Below the pieces are notes generated by a model. That model was not told the DNA's origin. It saw only the letters and a list, made by a program, of their open reading frames with translations, and did not search any database. Source: an uncultured delta proteobacterium (GTDB lineage: Bacteria; Myxococcota; Kuafuiibacteriia; Kuafuiibacteriales; Kuafuiibacteriaceae). From it: a stretch of 64,000 nt of DNA. The DNA lies in assembly GCA_963803435.1 (NCBI GenBank), contig CAWDML010000007.1, positions 256,001 through 320,000 on the forward strand. The letters are read 5' to 3'. Shown one piece after another: positions 54,649 to 62,721 of the stretch (position 1 is the first letter of the stretch; each line of letters opens with the position of its first letter). The translations under genes and the position numbers were made by a program.

Positions 54649-54664
54649 GGGAACACTGCTTGCA
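54649..54664 (+). promoter_or_regulatory. sigma54 -24/-12 element
   Basis: GGGAACACTGCTTGCA; C 23 nt before ATG 54686. Confidence 0.72.
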
Positions 54665-54685
54665 GCTCCCCTGGCCGGAGGCCGC

Positions 54686-55180
54686 ATGCAGGAACGAGCA
54701 CCCACCCACTTTCCCATCGCGATCAGTCGCGACGTTGCGGTCGGCCGACAGCCCGACGAGCGGGAGATCGACGATCTCTCGAAGAGCGGCTTCCGCGCGG
54801 TCGTCAACGTGCGTGGCCCGCACGAGCTGAACCAACCGCTGTCGCCGGCGGACGAAGGTCGCCTCGTCGAGCGAGCCGGCATGGGGTATTTGCATCACCC
54901 CATCACCGTCGCCGATCTGGACGATCGGCTGGTCGACAGCTTCCTGGAGACCATGGCGAAGAATGAGAAGCCCGTAGTGGTCCACTGCGAGAACGGGCTG
55001 CGTGCCGCGCTGCTGGCGCTGATGTACGTGGCCTGTGAGGAGCGGAAGAGCGGAGACTGGGCGCTCACTCGGGCGGAGGAGCTCGGGTTCGAGGTCCGCG
55101 CGCCGCTCCTGCGGACATTCCTCCGCGCCTACGTCGATCGGCACCTTCGGATCCACGGCGCCGTCCGGCGCTCCGCGTAG
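54686..55180 (+). CDS. DUF442/BLH phosphatase-like (CX5R) protein
   Basis: GRQP, GFRAVVNVR..E, PVVVHCENGLRA. Confidence 0.85.
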   Translation: MQERAPTHFPIAISRDVAVGRQPDEREIDDLSKSGFRAVVNVRGPHELNQPLSPADEGRLVERAGMGYLHHPITVADLDDRLVDSFLETMAKNEKPVVVHCENGLRAALLALMYVACEERKSGDWALTRAEELGFEVRAPLLRTFLRAYVDRHLRIHGAVRRSA

Positions 55181-55274
55181 CCCGGGTTTCGACGCACCCG
55201 ACGCCGAGCGCGCGGTTTCGGTTGACAGAACAACCTCTCACGGCCATGCGTGACGTTCCGGGGACGCGCCGCGC

Positions 55275-57188
55275 GTGAACGAGCCTGACCCAGGTCAAGA
55301 CCCATCGAGCCGACTGTCGAGAATTCTGGTTTCGGTGGCGAGTACGATCGCCCGCTATCAAGCGAGCCTCGAACGACTCCGGCAGTCGGCGATCCACACC
55401 AACCAGGCGCTGATCCGAGCCGTGGCGCGCCTCGCGCCCAGCGAGCAGAACCGGATCTTCGGGCTCACGCTGGCGATCGGCGGCGTCTGCGGTCTGGTCG
55501 CCGTGATCTTCCACCTCGCGATCCGCGGCGCCAGCGGGCTCCTGATCCAGCGCGCCCTCAACGCCCCGGGTGACTGGTGGATCCTCTGGACGATCGGGAC
55601 GCCGGCGGCCGGCGGGCTGATCGCCGGAATCATCCTTCACTACCTGGTGCCTCAGGCGCGCGGCAGCGGCGTCCCCCAGGTGAAGCTCGTCTATACGATC
55701 AAGAGCGGCCGGATCCGCTTTCGTGACGTCATCGGCAAGTTCGTCGTCTCGGTCCTCCAGCTCGGCACGGGCGCCTCCCTCGGGCGTGAGGGCCCCACGG
55801 TCCAGATCTGCGCCGGCGTCTCGAGCAGCATCGCCCGTCTATTCGCGCTCTCGCCGATGAATCAGCGGCGCATGCTTCCCGTGGGCGCGGCCGCCGGGAT
55901 CGCCGCCGCCTTCAACGCCCCGATCGCCGCCGTCACGTTCGTGATCGAGGAGCTGGTCGGTGCGCTCGATACCACCGTCCTGAGCGGCGTGGTCGTCGCC
56001 GCCGCCATCGCCGCCGTCGTCGAGCACACCATCCTCGGAGAGCATCCGGTCTTCGAGATCCCGAACGACTACGGCCTCCGTCACGCCTCATCGCTCGTCG
56101 TCTACGCGATCTTGGGACTCTGCGCGGCCGTGGTCTCTCACCTCTTCTCGCGGGGCCTGCTGAGGCTGCGCGGGCACTTCGCCACCACGAAGACGTTCCC
56201 CCCCTGGGCGCGCCCTTCGGTCGGCGGCCTGGTCACCGGCTTCCTCGCGGTGATCGGATTCCTGGCCGTCGGCAAGCACGGCGTCACCGGCGACGGCTAC
56301 GCGACCCTCGCCGAGGCGCTCCACGGCAACCTGTTGATCAGCACGATGATCGTCCTCGGCGTCGCCAAGACGTTCGCGACGATCTTCTCCTATGGGACGG
56401 GCGGCTCCGGTGGTCTGTTCGCGCCTGTGCTCTTCATCGGCGGGATGCTGGGCGGGATCTTCGGTTATCTCGATCACTGGATGTTCGGCCATCCGGATCT
56501 CGACATCGGCGCATTCGCGCTCGTCGGGATGGGCGCCGTCTTCGCGGGCGTCATTCGCGCGCCGATCACGTCCGTGCTCCTCATGTTCGAAATGACCGGA
56601 GGCTACGGGCTGGTGCTCCCGCTGATGGTGGCGAACACGTTCGCGTACATCTTCGCGCGCCAGTGGCAGCACGCAACGATCTACGAGGCGCTCCTCGAGC
56701 AGGACGGCGTCCGGCTGCCCAACACCAGCGAACCCCTCTTGTCGACGCTGCAGGTCGGCGATGCGATGACCTCGTCACCGGTGACGCTGTGCACTGACTG
56801 GACCGTGCGCGAGGCCCGCGAGCGGGTGACGGGGTTGCCGTACGCATCTTTTCCGCTCGTGGATCGCGAAGGTCGGCTGGTGGGTCTGGTGAGCGAAGGG
56901 CGACTCCGCCGAATGGATGCCGAAGGTGCGAACACCACCATGCTTTCGGAGTTTGCGCGGCCCCGCGAGTATCTTCGCCCCTCGGAGTCGCTGCGTCGTG
57001 CGCTCGAAGCGATGAGCCGCCTCGGTGTCCGCCAGATGGCCGTCGTCGCGGACGACGAGCCCAACGCGCTGATCGGCATCCTGGCGATGAGCGACGTGAT
57101 GCGGACGATGATCGGGATCGAGGGCACGCGCCCCGCCCCGCCCCGAACCTCTTCGGTCGGTCCGATCACCGAAGAGATCCGTCCCTGA
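55275..57188 (+). CDS. ClC family Cl-/H+ transporter with CBS pair
   Basis: GSGVP, GREGP, AFNAP, FVIEE, GGLFAP, IYE; C-terminal CBS domains. Confidence 0.93.
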   Translation: MNEPDPGQDPSSRLSRILVSVASTIARYQASLERLRQSAIHTNQALIRAVARLAPSEQNRIFGLTLAIGGVCGLVAVIFHLAIRGASGLLIQRALNAPGDWWILWTIGTPAAGGLIAGIILHYLVPQARGSGVPQVKLVYTIKSGRIRFRDVIGKFVVSVLQLGTGASLGREGPTVQICAGVSSSIARLFALSPMNQRRMLPVGAAAGIAAAFNAPIAAVTFVIEELVGALDTTVLSGVVVAAAIAAVVEHTILGEHPVFEIPNDYGLRHASSLVVYAILGLCAAVVSHLFSRGLLRLRGHFATTKTFPPWARPSVGGLVTGFLAVIGFLAVGKHGVTGDGYATLAEALHGNLLISTMIVLGVAKTFATIFSYGTGGSGGLFAPVLFIGGMLGGIFGYLDHWMFGHPDLDIGAFALVGMGAVFAGVIRAPITSVLLMFEMTGGYGLVLPLMVANTFAYIFARQWQHATIYEALLEQDGVRLPNTSEPLLSTLQVGDAMTSSPVTLCTDWTVREARERVTGLPYASFPLVDREGRLVGLVSEGRLRRMDAEGANTTMLSEFARPREYLRPSESLRRALEAMSRLGVRQMAVVADDEPNALIGILAMSDVMRTMIGIEGTRPAPPRTSSVGPITEEIRP

Positions 57189-57259
57189 CAGGGCGCGGCG
57201 AGCCGCCACGGCGTTGCATCTGCGCGCGTGAAGACCTGCGCAGCCGATGGCGACCGGGA

Positions 57260-57275
57260 GGGCACACCCGTTGCA
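57260..57275 (+). promoter_or_regulatory. sigma54 -24/-12 element
   Basis: GGGCACACCCGTTGCA; C 31 nt before GTG 57305. Confidence 0.78.
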
Positions 57276-57304
57276 TCTCGAACTCCGAGGAGGTCCTGAA
57301 CGTC

Positions 57305-57679
57305 GTGACACAGATGAGTACGCAGCAAGAACTCGAGAGCGCTCAGAACGATCGCGCCTTGAAGGAGCGATCGAAGGCGCTCGCCCAGGATGCCGTCGGT
57401 GAGCTGCTCGACCGCGCCAACGATGTCGGCGCCAAGACGATGTCCGCGGTCGGCCATGGCCTCGGCGATCTCGCCCGCCGCATCGAGGGCGAGGTACAAC
57501 CGAACGAGAAGGGCGCCAAGGTCGCACAGTCCATCACCGACGCCGCGCGCTATCTCGAAGAGCGAGACCCAAAGTCCGCGCTGGTCGATCTCGACCATGC
57601 CATCCAGGCGCATCCCTATCGCGCGATCGCCGTATGCCTGGGTGTCGGTTGGCTCGTCGGCCGGATGGCGCGCCGCTGA
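57305..57679 (+). CDS. DUF883/ElaB/YqjD-like tail-anchored protein
   Basis: AARYLEERD...HPYRAIAVCLGVGWLVGRM. Confidence 0.8.
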   Translation: MTQMSTQQELESAQNDRALKERSKALAQDAVGELLDRANDVGAKTMSAVGHGLGDLARRIEGEVQPNEKGAKVAQSITDAARYLEERDPKSALVDLDHAIQAHPYRAIAVCLGVGWLVGRMARR

Positions 57680-57688
57680 GCCCGGGGA

Positions 57689-58300
57689 TCAGCGCTCGGA
57701 GATCGCGTCCTCGGGCTGCCCGCTCGTCGCTCGAAAGACACCACAGACGGCGCTCTTGCCCTTTGCGTCCACCAGGACGAGCGGATGCCCGAGGACGCCC
57801 CCGAGCGGGAGCAGGTCGGTCGAGAGGTGGCGATCGAAGCGCGCCGCGCCGTCTCGAACGTTATCGATCGAACCGAGGTATCCCGGGCGCTCCATCGCCC
57901 GCGGTCCGGTCAGCCCCGCCGGCGAGAGATCGCGACACGAGCCCTCCTCAGTGAGCAGATAGACGTGGTGGGTCCCCTGCGGGAGCACCGAAGCGATCCG
58001 CAGCGCGATCCCCGCGGCGTCGACCTCGAGCACCGCGGTACCCAGCGCCGGGTGCTCGAGCCCGCCGCGGCTCTCCCGGAGCACCGCGGTCGACACGGTC
58101 AGGTGGTTCGACCGGGCGGCCGCCAGCTGCACCTCATGCTGCGCAATCTCGCTGGCGAGCGCGTCCATCCGGGCGCGCTCGTCGTTCTTCTGGGGCTGGA
58201 CCTCGGCTCGCTCGACACCTGCGCACGCCGGCAGGCCGACCGCGAGGACCAGACCCACGACTCGAAACTCAGGCAGGCAATGGTTGTTGGATGACACCAA
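57689..58300 (-). CDS. Lipoprotein with degenerate Cu/Zn-SOD-like domain (start uncertain)
   Basis: LPAC lipobox, coiled coil; G.H...L.E.GSC, GYLGSI, VLGHPLVL, AVCGVF. Confidence 0.6.
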   Translation of the reverse strand: MVSSNNHCLPEFRVVGLVLAVGLPACAGVERAEVQPQKNDERARMDALASEIAQHEVQLAAARSNHLTVSTAVLRESRGGLEHPALGTAVLEVDAAGIALRIASVLPQGTHHVYLLTEEGSCRDLSPAGLTGPRAMERPGYLGSIDNVRDGAARFDRHLSTDLLPLGGVLGHPLVLVDAKGKSAVCGVFRATSGQPEDAISER

Positions 58301-58775
58301 AGTGTTCCCCTTTTCTCTGCGCGACCACGAGCCCCAACACCAACCCGAAGACTAGGTGCAGCAGGAACCACCAAACCGGTGTGACCATCACCCGTTCGAG
58401 CATGACCTGGTCGATCAGGGGGAGGATGAGGAAGGTCATCGCCGCCCAGACCAATATGGAATATGCGAGCGCTGTCCCGACGATCAGCCCCGAGCCCCAC
58501 TCGGTCGAAATCAGCGCTCCGAAGATTCCACCGACCACCAACGACATGATCACGTGCGCGCTCAATCCGAGCAGCACGGATCCGGTCCCCCCGATCAGGG
58601 CGTCGACACCGAAGAACGCGGCCGCGATGTTCTGCATCGGCAGCCAGAAGCCGAGGCCCTCGACGGCCGAGTGGATCATGGCCGCCGGCGCCATCACGAA
58701 GCCGGCGACGAAGCCCGCGACCGCAGAGGAGGCGATCTTGGCGGCGGTGAGGTTGGGTCGAGTGCGCTCGCTCAT
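58269..58775 (-). CDS. Four-TM membrane protein (DUF1440-like)
   Basis: AGFVAGFVM, LSAHVIMSLVVG, LHLVFGLVLG. Confidence 0.7.
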   Translation of the reverse strand: MSERTRPNLTAAKIASSAVAGFVAGFVMAPAAMIHSAVEGLGFWLPMQNIAAAFFGVDALIGGTGSVLLGLSAHVIMSLVVGGIFGALISTEWGSGLIVGTALAYSILVWAAMTFLILPLIDQVMLERVMVTPVWWFLLHLVFGLVLGLVVAQRKGEHFGVIQQPLPA

Positions 58776-58778
58776 GGC

Positions 58779-59294
58779 TCATCTCCTCGCTTCGGCGGTG
58801 CCCTCGACACGGCCGGTCAGGTGCGCGGCGAGCTGCACGTGCTGCTCGAGGATCGGCAGCACCCGGTCGACCATCCGCGCCAGCGGCTGTGGCAGGCTCC
58901 GCCTTGCCCCGGTCACCGTGTCGATCACCTGCACGTGCGCGTGGGTCATGAGACGGAGAAAGTCGTCGTCGAACGCCTGGCCGTGCTCGCCCTCGAGCTC
59001 GGCGAGGCGCTCCCGCAGCCTCCGGTCCTGCGAGGCCTCGCCCGGCGCGGGGCCTACGCCCTCCACATGAAGCTCCGCGGCGAGCTCGAGGACCTGGTCG
59101 TCGGCGTAGCCGTGGTCCATCTCCAGCCTGCGCGCGTACGCGCGAACGTCGTCTCGTTCGGCGTGGGTTCGGGCGAGGGCGGCAGCCTCCATCACCAGGC
59201 CGTTCAACCGGTGCATGTGGCGGAGAACCACCTCCGACTGGTCGCCGGCGACACCGGAGATCATCACCAGACCGATCAGCGGGAGCACGCTCAT
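58779..59294 (-). CDS. DUF4142 domain protein
   Basis: VRAYARRLEMDH, FDDDFLRLMTHAH, LPILEQH. Confidence 0.88.
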   Translation of the reverse strand: MSVLPLIGLVMISGVAGDQSEVVLRHMHRLNGLVMEAAALARTHAERDDVRAYARRLEMDHGYADDQVLELAAELHVEGVGPAPGEASQDRRLRERLAELEGEHGQAFDDDFLRLMTHAHVQVIDTVTGARRSLPQPLARMVDRVLPILEQHVQLAAHLTGRVEGTAEARR

Positions 59295-59307
59295 AGAAAG
59301 GATGGTT

Positions 59308-59323
59308 CGCAAGAGACACGCCA
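59308..59323 (-). promoter_or_regulatory. sigma54 -24/-12 element
   Basis: TGGCGTGTCTCTTGCG; C 15 nt before ATG 59294. Confidence 0.72.
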
Positions 59324-59434
59324 AGGCGGCGCCGACCCCGTCACTGGCGCGCATGCGGCGTCATCCACGCCACGATGTCCCAAGAGACGCCGTGCGCAAG
59401 AAGACACGCGGGCGCACGAACAGGTGCATGCGCT

Positions 59435-59450
59435 TGGCGCGATGCTTGCC
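59435..59450 (+). promoter_or_regulatory. sigma54 -24/-12 element
   Basis: TGGCGCGATGCTTGCC; C 31 nt before TTG 59480. Confidence 0.72.
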
Positions 59451-59479
59451 GAAGCAGGTAGCTCCGAAAGGAGATTCAA

Positions 59480-60838
59480 TTGCAAAAACTCAGCTTCGAA
59501 CGCGGACGCAAATCACCAGCCGCGCATGCATTGCGAGCCGTCGCTCTCGGCGCGCTCACCTTCGCCGTCGCGTGCGGCTCCGACGACAAACCCAAGGTCG
59601 AGCCTGGATTCGCCAATCTGCGCGCGATCCATCTGGTCCAGGGAGGGCCGGACGTCGACATCGTGCTCGATCAAAGCGAGACCCCCATCAGCGGCCTCGA
59701 ATTCACCGACAGCTCGGACTACCACCAGATCAAGTTCGGAACGTACGCCCTCGAGGTGCGCAACTCGAGCGGGGAGGTCCTGGCGACCACCCAGGTCACG
59801 CTCGACGATCAGCAGAGCTATACGCTCGCGATCTACGGGGCGGCCGACGGCTTCCAGACCCAGCTCTTCCAGGACACCTTCGACATCCCCTCGGGTGAGA
59901 TCAGAGCGCGCCTCTTCAACATGGCCATCGGCCGCGGTTCCATGGCGCTCTACCTCGATGACGACAACAACCCCCGCATGTTGACCCAGGGCGTCGCCTA
60001 CGGTCAGGCGAGCGACCCGGCCGCGCTCGAGGACGGCGACCACACCTTCGGGCTCGACGTGGACCTCGACGGCACCGTCGATGCCACCTACGATCTCCCG
60101 CCGCTGTCGGACGGGACGCTGGCGAACGTCTTCGCGACCTTCGACGAGAACGGCGATCTGGACCTGGTGCTTCAGCTCAACGACGGCTTCACCTGGGACA
60201 TCAACGGCGAAGGTAACATCGGTACCCAGGCGCGCGTCCGCGTGATCCACCTGATCTCCAACGGTCCGGCCGTCACGATCACCGGCGGCGGTGTCACGGT
60301 CGCCTCGGATCTGGCGTTCATGGAGCAGAGCCCCTACGCTGGGATCCCGGCCGGCACGACCGACCTCACGGTGGGCACGAGCTCCGCAGCTGCGCTGGTC
60401 ACCGTCATGAGCGCCCAGCTCGAGTCCGGGCAGAGCTACACGGTCGTCCTCTACGGGAGCGCCGCGATGCCGTCGGCGGAGTTGATCGAGGACAGCTCCA
60501 GCAACATCCCCTCGCAGGATGCGCGCGTGCGCCTGATCCATGCGGCGGTCGACGTGGGTGAGCTCGACTTCTTCGACGTGGTCTCCGGCGCCGAACCGAC
60601 GGCCCTGGCGACCAACCTCAACTTTGGCGACATCAGCGATCCGGTGGACCTGAGCGCAGGAACGCACCGCATCGGCGTCGACATCAACAACGACAACGCC
60701 TTTGACGCCTTCTTCGATACGCCGTCGCTCCAGGCCGGCCAGCTGGCCAACCTGTACGCGATCATGGACAACGGGAGCCCGCGTCTCGTGACCCAGACCG
60801 ACTCTTCGGTCACGCCGGTCAACACCACCATGCCGTGA
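59480..60838 (+). CDS. Tandem DUF4397 domain lipoprotein
   Basis: AVAC lipobox; repeated LRAIHL/VRVIHL/VRLIHA beta-sandwich units. Confidence 0.82.
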   Translation: MQKLSFERGRKSPAAHALRAVALGALTFAVACGSDDKPKVEPGFANLRAIHLVQGGPDVDIVLDQSETPISGLEFTDSSDYHQIKFGTYALEVRNSSGEVLATTQVTLDDQQSYTLAIYGAADGFQTQLFQDTFDIPSGEIRARLFNMAIGRGSMALYLDDDNNPRMLTQGVAYGQASDPAALEDGDHTFGLDVDLDGTVDATYDLPPLSDGTLANVFATFDENGDLDLVLQLNDGFTWDINGEGNIGTQARVRVIHLISNGPAVTITGGGVTVASDLAFMEQSPYAGIPAGTTDLTVGTSSAAALVTVMSAQLESGQSYTVVLYGSAAMPSAELIEDSSSNIPSQDARVRLIHAAVDVGELDFFDVVSGAEPTALATNLNFGDISDPVDLSAGTHRIGVDINNDNAFDAFFDTPSLQAGQLANLYAIMDNGSPRLVTQTDSSVTPVNTTMP

Positions 60839-60907
60839 CGCCGCGCCCCGGCGGGGCAGCGAGCGGGTGGGCATCGATCAGCGCCCGCTCGCTGCCCGGC
60901 CCCCGCC

Positions 60908-60923
60908 TGGATCGAGCCTTGCG
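60908..60923 (+). promoter_or_regulatory. sigma54 -24/-12 element
   Basis: TGGATCGAGCCTTGCG; C 15 nt before ATG 60937. Confidence 0.72.
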
Positions 60924-60936
60924 TGCCCATCGAGGC

Positions 60937-62721
60937 ATGGCACAGACCGTCAGCGACTTCGTCCTCCACCGGCTCCACCAATGGGGCATCCGCCAGATCT
61001 ACGGCTATCCCGGCGACGGCATCAACGGCTTCATGGGCGCGTTCGGTCGAGCGCGCGAGCACCTTCGGTTCATCAAGACGCCCCACGAGGAGCTGGCCGC
61101 GTTCATGGCGACCGGACACGCGAAGTTCTCGAGGGAGGTCGGCGTGTGCATGGCGACCTCCGGCCCGGGCGCGATCCATCTCCTGAACGGTCTGTACGAC
61201 GCCGCCATGGATCACCAGCCGGTGGTGGCGATCGTAGGTCAGCAGAAGACGATCTCGCTCGGAACCGACTATCAACAGGAGGTCGATCTCCTCTCGCTCT
61301 TCAAGGACGTCGCGCACCACTACGTCCAGATGTGCATCAACCCCGCGCAGGCGCGACAGCTCGTCGACCGCGCGCTCCGGATCGCCAAGGCCGAGCGCAC
61401 CGTGACCTGTCTGATCTTCCCCAGCGACGTGCAGGAGATGGACGCCGTCGAGGGTCCTGAGCGGATCCACGGCGCCAACTTCTCCGGCATCGGCTACGAG
61501 GCCCCGCGCGTCATCCCCTGTCCGACGACGCTGATGCGCGCGGCCCGCGTGCTCAACGAAGGCAAGCGCGTCGCGATGCTGGTCGGCGCCGGCGCCCTGA
61601 ACGCGACGGAGGAGCTGATCGAGCTGGCGGACACGCTCGGCGCGGGCGTCGCCAAGGCGCTGCTGGGCAAGGCGGCGCTCCCCGACGACCTGCCGTGGGT
61701 CACCGGATCGATCGGCCTGCTCGGTACGAAGCCGAGCGACCAGATGATGCTCCGCTGCGACACCCTGCTGATGGTCGGGACCAGCTTCCCGTACTCGGAG
61801 TGGTTGCCGAAGGAGGGACAGGCGCGCGGGGTCCAGATCGACGTGAAGCCTCGCATGCTGAGCCTGCGCTACCCGATGGAGGTCAACCTGTGCGGCGACA
61901 GCAAGGAGACGATCCGAGCGCTACTTCCCTACCTGGAGCGCAAGCAGGACCGAGCCTGGCGCGAGGACATCGAGGAGGGGGTCCGCGTGTGGTGGAAGAC
62001 GCTGGAGGAGCGGGCGATGATGTCGGCTGACCCCGTCAACCCGCAGCGTATCTTCTGGGAGCTCTCGCCTCGGCTGCCCGATCGCTGCATCCTCACCGCA
62101 GACTCGGGGTCGGCCGCGAACTGGTGGGCGCGCGATCTCAAGGTGCGCGCCGGCATGATGGCGTCGCTCTCCGGCAATCTCGCCACGATGGGGCCCGGCG
62201 TGCCCTACGCGCTGGCCGCCAAGCTCGTCCATCCCGATCGGCCGGTGGTGGCCGCCGTCGGCGACGGAGCGATGCAGATGAACGGGTGCAACGCCCTGAT
62301 CACGATCGCCGAGCGCTATCAGGAGTGGAGCGACCGCCGGCTGATCGTGCTGGTGCTCAAGAACCACGACCTCAACCAGGTGACCTGGGAGCAGCGGGTC
62401 CTGTCCGGCGATCCCAAGTTCGAGCCGGCCCAGGTGGTCCCCGACTTGGACTTCGCGGGGTACGCCGAGCTGCTCGGTCTGAGGGGCGTCAAGATCGAGC
62501 GCACCGATGACATCGTTCCGGGGCTCCAGGCGGCGCTCTCGGCCGACCGCCCGGTCGTGATCGAAGCGCTCACCGATCCCGAGGTTCCTCCGCTTCCGCC
62601 GCACATCCGTGTCGAGCAGGCCGCGAAGCTCTGGGCGGCGATGCTGCGGGGCGATCCGAACCGATACCGGGTGATCAAGCAGTCGGTGAAGGAGCTCTGG
62701 GCCGGTACGAAGGTTCGCTGA
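60937..62721 (+). CDS. Thiamine pyrophosphate-requiring enzyme (pyruvate oxidase/PoxB-like)
   Basis: YGYPGDGING, HEELAAFMA, TSGPGAIHLLNGLYDA, GDGAMQMNG..N. Confidence 0.93.
   Translation: MAQTVSDFVLHRLHQWGIRQIYGYPGDGINGFMGAFGRAREHLRFIKTPHEELAAFMATGHAKFSREVGVCMATSGPGAIHLLNGLYDAAMDHQPVVAIVGQQKTISLGTDYQQEVDLLSLFKDVAHHYVQMCINPAQARQLVDRALRIAKAERTVTCLIFPSDVQEMDAVEGPERIHGANFSGIGYEAPRVIPCPTTLMRAARVLNEGKRVAMLVGAGALNATEELIELADTLGAGVAKALLGKAALPDDLPWVTGSIGLLGTKPSDQMMLRCDTLLMVGTSFPYSEWLPKEGQARGVQIDVKPRMLSLRYPMEVNLCGDSKETIRALLPYLERKQDRAWREDIEEGVRVWWKTLEERAMMSADPVNPQRIFWELSPRLPDRCILTADSGSAANWWARDLKVRAGMMASLSGNLATMGPGVPYALAAKLVHPDRPVVAAVGDGAMQMNGCNALITIAERYQEWSDRRLIVLVLKNHDLNQVTWEQRVLSGDPKFEPAQVVPDLDFAGYAELLGLRGVKIERTDDIVPGLQAALSADRPVVIEALTDPEVPPLPPHIRVEQAAKLWAAMLRGDPNRYRVIKQSVKELWAGTKVR

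Noticed and set aside
55222-55227. TTGACA -35 box upstream of the ClC gene
   Set aside because: No convincing -10 element at a suitable spacing.
59310-59408. Three short CAAG(A)AGAC(A/G)C repeats in the DUF4142/DUF4397 intergenic region
   Set aside because: Short, irregularly spaced, one overlaps a promoter element, and not seen at other promoters; too weak to call.
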